A stretch of 25,994 nt of DNA, taken from Prasinococcaceae sp. CCMP 1430 (Eukaryota > Plantae > Prasinodermophyta). The stretch covers positions 1-25,994 of the forward strand of contig RQSC01001135.1 of NCBI GenBank assembly GCA_013416795.1, written 5' to 3'. The position numbers and the translations under genes were made by a program. This document shows positions 19,906 through 25,994 of this stretch, one piece after another. The first letter of the stretch is position 1. Each line of letters begins with the position of its first letter. Below the pieces are notes generated by a model. It searched no databases. It was not told where the DNA came from and worked only from the letters and a program-made list of their open reading frames with translations.

Positions 19906-20766
19906 TCGAGCTGCGCAAACAGATCCGCTGCGACCTCTTCCTGCGCAATGCGGGCTCCACCGCGGTCGCCTTCAAGGTGAAGACGACGGCGCCCAAGAAG
20001 TACTGCGTGCGCCCCAACATCGGCATCGTCGCGCCGGGCGCGACGGTCGAGGTGCAGGTGATCATGCAGTCGCAGAAGGAGCAGCCCGCGGACCTCGCCG
20101 CGTGCCGGGACAAGTTCCTCGTGCAGAGCGTCGAGACGACCGCGGCGGAGGCGTCCCAGCTGGACGCGTCGACCTTCCAGAAGGCCGAGGGCAAGACCAT
20201 CGGGGAGTCAAAGCTGCGCGTCGCCTACACCACCCCGGCGATGCCGCCCACCGTGTCCGAGGAGGGGCTGGCGTCGCCGATGGCCACGCCGGCCGGCCGC
20301 GCGGCCGCCAACAACGGCGGCGGCGGTGCGACGTACGACAACGATCTGGACGCGGCCACCATGAACTACAAGGCCTCGCAGGTGAGAGTGCGCGCGCGGC
20401 GGCGGCGGCAGCGGTCGCGCGTGCGCGCTCGCGAGGGCGGGGTGGGCGGGCGCGCAGGGCGGCACGCTGACGCACCCCCGTGCCCCGAATCACGCGGACA
20501 CCACTCGCTCGCCGTCCCCCTCTCTCCCCCCTTCTCCGCGTCCCTCTCTCTCCCCCCTTCTTTGCGTCCCCCTCTCTCCCCCCTTCCCCTCGCAGGCTGA
20601 GGTGAGCCGAATGCAGCGTGAGATCTCGGACTACAAGCTCCAGGTGAGCGAGCTCAAGAGCAAGGCAGCGGCGGGGCAGGATGTGGCGGGGAAGCCCAGC
20701 GGCTTCTCCATGCTGCACCTGCTGCTCACAGCCATCATCTGCTTCCTGATCGGCCGCTTCATGTGA
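19906..20766 (+). CDS. VAP: Vesicle-associated membrane protein-associated protein (VAP27/Scs2 family); exons 19906-20381 and 20596-20766; first exon not found
   Basis: MSP-domain signature VAFKVKTTAPKKYCVRPNIG, MQSQKEQPADLAACRDKFLVQS; then a coiled coil and a C-terminal TM anchor GFSMLHLLLTAIICFLIGRFM*. GTGAG..CTGAC..CAG intron 20382-20595. Confidence 0.9.
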
Positions 20767-21529
20767 TCCGGGCCGCGCGCGAGCGCGGATGCCTCCGACG
20801 GGAGCCCGGACGGCGGGCGGCCGCAGACGGACGGCGATCGAGTGGACGCAGCTGGGGTGTGCCCCGCGCCGAGGCGGCGCGGGGCGGTACATTGGGAGGG
20901 TAGGGGCAGGTAGGCGCGGATGCGCACAGCCGGGCCCACGCGCTGGTCGCGCGGCGTGGCGCTCGGCGACATCACTGTAACTTGCGGGCGGGCGCGCTGG
21001 GGGCCCGCCGTCACCACACCGCTCGAGTCTGCGTCGCGCGCATGCGGCCCCGCGCCGCGCTCAACCGCGCGCGAGTGCGTGCGCTCGGCGTCTTCGGTGC
21101 GTTCGTTTGTTCGTGTGCGGCGCGCATCCCGATGTTGGCGCGCCTCGTGTGTGCGTTTTTTTTTTTTTTTTTTACCTGACGGGAAATCATCTCACCCCGC
21201 ACTCCACCACTGGCAGCAATGAGCGCCGCTGCGCTGCGTTGCCGCGGGTGTTGACAGCGAGCGGCACGCGCCGCCGCAGCCAGCGCACCACCAGCGCCGC
21301 GAGTCCAGCTGGGTGCGGCATCGGCGCCACCACAAAGCTCGCCTGGCGCGCGGCGCGGGCTTTGCGACCGACGATTGTCGTCGGGCGCGGGCACTCGCGG
21401 CTCGCGCGGGTCGGCGCGAGCGAGGAGTCGCGCTCGGCGGGAAGGCCGCGGCCGCAGCTGTAACAACCCCAACAACCCCCAACCGGCCGCCCGCTGCCGC
21501 GAACAGCGGGATGGTGCCGCGCCGCCGCG

Positions 21530-21734
21530 CCGGCGGCAGCGGCGCCCGGCCCGCCGAGGGCCTGCAGGCTCTTCGCCATCTCCTTGAACTGCGGGTCCTC
21601 GGAGATGTTCTTGGCCATCTCCTTGATGCTGGGGTCGTTGAGGATGTTGGCCATGGCGCTCATGTCCATGCCGCCGCCGCCGGCAGCGGCCGGCGGGCCG
21701 CCGAGCGCGCCGATGCCCGGAGGGAGGTCGCCGC
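21530..21734 (-). CDS. Isolated exon resembling the N-terminal STI1-like region of ankyrin repeat protein AKR2; remainder of gene not found
   Basis: MDMSAMANILNDPSIKEMAKNISEDPQFKEMAKSLQ resembles the plant AKR2 motif LLNDPSIKELAEQIAKDPAF. It is preceded by a CTGAC branch (~21800) and a CCCAG acceptor at 21735. The 3' boundary is approximate. Confidence 0.6.
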
Positions 21735-21955
21735 CTGGGCAGCGCAGAGGCGTGCGCGCGTGCGATGGGCAAGCGACGGGGTGGCGGCGCGCGAGGCGCG
21801 TCAGCACGCGCCAGCGCGCGAGCCTCTCGCGCCCTGCCTATCCTCTCCCCTCGTTCCCCCACAGAGGCCGCGGGAGGCGCCACGGCACGCGCACGCCGCG
21901 CCGCGCTGCGCCGCGCCCGCCTTAGGGCTCGCCAACCGGCCGGCGCAGGTCGCAG

Positions 21956-23545
21956 CCGCCGCGCTGCGTTCGCGCGCCCACCTCCGCCTCCGCCTCCGCG
22001 CGCGCGCGGAGCGCGTGGGGCACCGCCGCGCTGTTCGTGGCGTCCGCCGCCGGGTTGGTGTGCGCCATCGCCCTGGCGTCCCACCGCGGCGCGCTTCTCC
22101 AGTCGGCCCGCGAGGAGCTGAGCGCGCGCCTCGAGGGCGAGCTGTCCGCGGCGCGCGAGGCGAGCGCGCTGCTGGAGGGCGCGGGTGCGGCGGAGGCGGA
22201 GGCGAGGAGGCGCCTCGCGGAGGCCACCCGCAAGGCGGACGAGGCCGAGGAGGAGGCGCGCAGGCGGCGGGAGGAGGAGGAGAGCGCGCAGCGGGAGGCG
22301 GAGAGGCTGCGCGCGCAGATCCGCGAGGAGGACGTGGCCATCGCCTCTGCGGACCCGTACACCCGACACCCCGAGCTGCGCGTGGGGCTCACCGAGACGC
22401 AGCGCTCGCAGCGCTACCTCAACGGCGGCAACGCGGGCAACAGGTTCGTGACCGAGATCCTGTCGTGGGAGCCGCGGGTGGTGCTGTACAAGGGCTTCGT
22501 CACCGCGGAGGAGATCGCGCACATCGAGCGCCTCGCCGAGGGACACCTCACGCGTAGCAAGGTGGTCACCGACAACGCCAGCGACACCATCCAAAGCGGG
22601 CGGACGTCGGATGGCGTCTTTTTCAGCGGCTCTCTCCGCACGGGCGTGATCAACGCGCTCGAGGAGAGGGTCGCCAACGCCACGAGGCTGCCCGCGCATT
22701 TCGGGGAGGACTTCTACTACCTGCGGTACAAGAAAGGGCAGGCGTACCTCCCTCACACCGACTACTGCTACCGCCCGCCCGAGCCGGGGATGCCGCCGGG
22801 CTCCGGCCTGAAGACGTCGTGCAGGGACAAGTTCCTGCGCTGCTATGACCCCGACGAGGGGGCGCAGAATTACGCGGACCGGATCGCCACCGCGATCGTG
22901 CAGCTGCGGTCGCCGGAGGAGGGCGGCGAGTCGGCGTTCCCGTCGTTCCACCGCCGCGGGCTGCCCCGCAACCAGCACTTCACCTCCGCTGGGGGGCGCG
23001 ACGACTCGTGGATGGGCGATCCCGAGGACCCGGCCAACGCCGCGTCCGGCCGCGGCGGCCAGCGTCGCCTGCTGGCCTCCGATGGCCACAGGGAGGACGC
23101 CGCGTTCGAGGAGGCCAAGCGGAAGGAGCAGGCCGCCAAAGAGAGGCTCAAGCGCGACAGGTACTTGCCGCACAACCTGACCTTCGAGGGCGAGGGCGCC
23201 ATCCCGTGGCCCGGGTACATCTTCGCCGAGTGGGGCTCCTTCGCCGACCCGGAGGACGACAGGAGGTGGCGCGCGCGCACCGAGGTCAAGGGCTACGACG
23301 AAGGGTGGTGCACCTCCCCGAACATGGTGAACGTCCTCCGCGTCAAGCCCGACCCCGGCGACATGGTGCTCTTCTACAACTACAACATCGACGGAAGCAA
23401 CGACGGCGCGGCGCTTCACGGCGGCTGCCCCGTGCTCAAGGGCGAGAAGCACATCATGACCAAGTGGATACGCAGCGCGCCCATGCACTCGCGGAAGAGG
23501 CCGCAGCACGCCGCCCCGTGGGAAGGCGAGCACCGCGCTGCGTAG
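21956..23545 (+). CDS. P4H: Prolyl 4-hydroxylase (2OG-Fe(II) dioxygenase) with N-terminal membrane anchor and coiled coil; start codon not found
   Basis: EILSWEPRVVLYKGF, RTSDGVFF, LEERVANATRLP, LRYKKGQAYLPHTDY (HxD), RIATAIVQL, GGESAFP, VKPDPGDMVLFY, LHGGCPVLKGEKHIMTKWIR (distal H and K). There is an in-frame TAG at 21923 and no ATG before the anchor; CAG acceptors lie at 21948 and 21955. Confidence 0.88.
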   Translation, partial: PPRCVRAPTSASASARARSAWGTAALFVASAAGLVCAIALASHRGALLQSAREELSARLEGELSAAREASALLEGAGAAEAEARRRLAEATRKADEAEEEARRRREEEESAQREAERLRAQIREEDVAIASADPYTRHPELRVGLTETQRSQRYLNGGNAGNRFVTEILSWEPRVVLYKGFVTAEEIAHIERLAEGHLTRSKVVTDNASDTIQSGRTSDGVFFSGSLRTGVINALEERVANATRLPAHFGEDFYYLRYKKGQAYLPHTDYCYRPPEPGMPPGSGLKTSCRDKFLRCYDPDEGAQNYADRIATAIVQLRSPEEGGESAFPSFHRRGLPRNQHFTSAGGRDDSWMGDPEDPANAASGRGGQRRLLASDGHREDAAFEEAKRKEQAAKERLKRDRYLPHNLTFEGEGAIPWPGYIFAEWGSFADPEDDRRWRARTEVKGYDEGWCTSPNMVNVLRVKPDPGDMVLFYNYNIDGSNDGAALHGGCPVLKGEKHIMTKWIRSAPMHSRKRPQHAAPWEGEHRAA

Positions 23546-24009
23546 GCGCTGCTGTCTGGGAGCCGTGCGTTGCGTGCGCCGCCGGCGCGCCGACTCGGAG
23601 CGGGAGCGGGGCTCGCGATCGATCCTGTCGCGCGCACGCAAGCAAGCGAAGCGCGCAAGCAAGCAAGCGAAGCGCGCTCGCCGCGCTCGCTGTGCGCTCG
23701 CTGTGCGCGCTCTGGTCGCGCTCTGGTCGCCGTGCCGTCGCGGGGCCGCGAGAGGAAGACCGCGCGGAGAGAGAGACGCGGCCGCTCCAAAGATAAGAAA
23801 GAGATGGGGTTGCGTGCCGGGCCCGCGGCGCTCGGCCGTCGCCTCGTCGGCCTCGGCTCGGTCGGCTGATGCGCGCGCCGAGGCGGCGCGCCGCCACCGC
23901 GCGCAGACAGCTGCGACGCGCCGCGCGCGGGTTGAGACTGCGCGGCAGTCGGACAGGTAACACCGCTCGGCCCGCCCTGCTGCTCCCTGCGCTCGTCTTC
24001 AGCCCTATN

Positions 24010-25080
24010 CCCCGCCACGCCGCCCGCGCTCGCGCCTCCCACTCGCAGGGCCGCGCGCGTGCTCCCCGCGCCCGCGCCGAGGCTGGCGCGGCTGCTGGCA
24101 TAGAAGGATCGGCCGCCCGCCCACGCCCCCGCGCCCGAGTGCGTCGAGAAGCGCATCGACCCGCCGACGGCCATCGGCCGCACGGCGCGGCGCACGTGCA
24201 TGGGCGAGCGAAGCGGCTTGAGCCTGCGGCCGGGCGGCGAGGGAGGGTCGAAGGCCTCGAACGAGGTGCCAGCGCCCAGACCGCGCGCCCACGCCGACGC
24301 CAGCTCCTGCGTGCTGGTCGACGGCGTCGACGGCGAGGCGTCGGCGGCGGGCGCGTCGCCGCCGTCCTTCTTGAGGCCAACGAAGAGCGTCGGGTGCGCG
24401 TGGCGGAGCACCGCGCGCTCCTCGTCGGGGTACGCCTCGGCGGGCACCGCGTCGATCGCCGCGAGCAAGTCCGCGATCGGGAACGCCTTGTCATCCGGGT
24501 GCTCCTCCTGCCTGTGGCGCATCAGGCGGTTGTGCACGCGCTGCGCGAAGCCGCGGATCACCGCCGCCTCCTCCGCGCTGACCGCCACGCCGTCCTGCTG
24601 GTCCTTGCGCAGCCTGCCGAGCGCCTGCGTGACGGCCGTCACCTGCGCGCGCAGGCAGTCACACTCGACGCACACGTCGCGGTCGTACACGGCGCCGGCG
24701 GCGCCGGCGCTGTCCATGAGCGGCCGCAGCGGCGTGGGCACGTAGGGCCGGCCCGCGCGCGGCAGCATGGCCATGGCCGCCTGGTGCGGGAGCAGCGCGC
24801 TGGGATCCCTGCCCGCCGCGCGCGCGGCGGCGGACGCCTCGTCAACGGTGAAGGCGCGCGGCGGCATGAGGTGGATGTGCCGCAGCAGCTCCTCGGCGGT
24901 GGGCGCGCGCGACTCCTCGTACGCCCAGCGGTAGTCGCCGCACTCGCCGTCCAGGTACATGCCCAGCGTCCACGCGAGGCCGTGCGTGTACGCCTCCACC
25001 AGCCGCGCGGCCTCGCTCGCGCCGTCGGCGCTCCCGGCGGCGGCGGGGGAGCCGCCGACGGCGCCCGCGGCGGGGAGAGG
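24010..25080 (-). CDS. XRN-family 5'-3' exoribonuclease-like C-terminal (helical) region, running into the N at 24009
   Basis: LVEAYTHGLAWTLGMYLDGECGDYRWAYEESRAP and LLPHQAAMAMLP...YVPTPLRPLM parallel the XRN motifs YxEGLxWVLxYYxxGCxSWxWxYPxHYAP and PFEQLLAVLP...LPxxxxxLM. Confidence 0.65.
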
Positions 25081-25264
25081 CGCGACGGGGCACGCGCCGC
25101 GCGAACGCCGCGCGAGCGCGCATGTGTGTGCGCGTGCGTGTGCGTGGAGTGGTGGGAGGGGGAGGCGTGGAGGGCGGCGGCTGGAGTGGTGGCGTGGGGG
25201 GGCGGGAAGGGGAGGAGGATGATAAGGGGTGGGAAGGAACTGCGCGGGGGGGCCGGCACGCCCG

Positions 25265-25313
25265 AGCCCCAACCACCCCAACCACTCAAGCCCCAACCAC
25301 CCCAACCACTCAA
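25265..25313. repeat. Tandem repeat, 2 x 24 bp AGCCCCAACCACCCCAACCACTCA
   Basis: Directly visible perfect duplication. Confidence 0.9.
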
Positions 25314-25384
25314 TCGCGCAGCGCTCCGAGCCTCGGAGCGCCTTCTCGCCGGCGGCGCGGGCGAGCGGCGCGCGCGCGACGCAC

Positions 25385-25481
25385 CACACGACGCCGTAGG
25401 CGCCCTTGCCGATGGGCTTGATGGGCTTGTACTTGGCGTCGACCTCGAAGAGGTTGCCGCACACCATGAAGTGGTTGGTCT
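25385..25481 (-). CDS. MAP kinase N-terminal exon fragment (subdomain I glycine-rich loop)
   Basis: TNHFMVCGNLFEVDAKYKPIKPIGKGAYGVV[C] matches the plant/algal MAPK start GNLFEV..KY.P..PIGxGAYG.VC. It ends at a TG|GTGCG donor (25384); no further kinase exons are present downstream. Confidence 0.78.
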
Positions 25482-25489
25482 CTGGCGGC

Positions 25490-25994
25490 GCGGCGCGGCT
25501 ATGGCCGCCGTCGGCGCCGCCGTCGGATCCGTCGCCGAAGGCGGACGCGTCGCTGAAGGCCGCCACCGCCTCCGGAGCCGCCGCGCCCACCACCTGCCCC
25601 GCGACGAACTGCGCGTCGGCGCCACCCGCCGCCGCGTCGTCCGCCTCGGACTGCGCCCCGGCGAGCGCCTCCGCGCTCTGCAGCCTCAGGTACAGGTCCA
25701 CCGCCGCGTCCCCCCTCGCCGCGCCCTTGGAGGACTTGGGGTCCGAGCGCGTCTCGATGGTCTCGGTGGTGAGCCCCGGCACGGCGTTGAGGCGCATGGA
25801 GCACGCCCACCGCCCGTCGTCCTGCAGCACATACGTGCAGTCCGCCTTGGTGACCACGGGCGCGCCGTACGACTGCAGCATGCGGTTGAGCGCGCCCATG
25901 CCGCCGCCGTCGGCCATGGCCTCCACGGCCATCGCGCGCGCGTGCGCGGCGAGCACGCGCGTGCCGCGGATGCCCGCGCCGCCGAGGCCGCCGC
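25490..25994 (-). CDS. Coding segment with a dsRBD-like domain, probably the upstream part of the XRN-like gene; open to the right edge
   Basis: MGALNRMLQSYG...CTYVLQDDGRWACSMRL...KSSKGAARGDAAVDLYLRL has the alpha-beta-beta-beta-alpha pattern with an SKKxAxxxAA-like last helix. It is in the same frame as the XRN-like segment. Confidence 0.5.

Noticed and set aside
21011-23662. 883-aa minus-strand ORF and other long shadow ORFs (3617-4870, 7772-9295, 7969-9327, 15106-16095, 17179-18705, 18815-19819)
   Set aside because: They are antisense to recognisable genes and are Arg/Ala/Gly-rich with no motifs; long stop-free frames are expected at this GC content.
23636-23680. GCAAGCAAGCGAAGCGC duplicated in the P4H 3' region
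   Set aside because: Simple low-complexity slippage repeat with no evidence of function.
23416-25956. 846-aa ORF as a single real protein
   Set aside because: It reads through an N (24009), intron-like sequence and the antisense end of P4H, so it is a composite.
1-25994. CRISPR arrays, tRNA/rRNA genes, transposase or reverse transcriptase ORFs
   Set aside because: None recognised: no repeat-spacer periodicity, cloverleaf or catalytic motifs were seen by eye.

Overview
GC-rich, gene-dense eukaryotic nuclear DNA with short GT-AG introns (GTGCG/GTACG/GTAAG donors, CTGAC/CTAAC branch points). Plant-type VAP, AKR2, LPA1-like and MAPK sequences point to a green alga, probably prasinophyte-like (inference). 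Gene order: ISY1 (-, runs off the left edge), cytosolic threonyl-tRNA synthetase (+, 5 exons), SPC24 (-), PRP4 WD40 (+), a ~1116-aa protein of unknown function (+), a DUF3128/EMI1-like gene (+), POLE2/DPB2 (-), a DUF3493/LPA1-like gene (+), a six-EF-hand protein (-), VAP (+), an orphan AKR2-like exon (-), prolyl 4-hydroxylase (+), and an XRN-like fragment with a dsRBD-like domain and an embedded MAPK exon (-). Main points: (1) three consecutive ThrRS introns carry box C/D snoRNA-like cassettes (two U18-like paralogues and one SNORD99/U55-site guide); (2) the 1116-aa protein fuses a SprT/Spartan-like domain lacking its catalytic Glu to a CorA-like membrane module and a ubiquitin-like tail; (3) an ATGCATTTTGA-type motif recurs in the AT-rich intergenic islands; (4) the right third contains several incomplete or interleaved genes, reflecting either mis-assembly or real gene-fragment shuffling. 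All family assignments come from motif recognition by eye; no database search was run.
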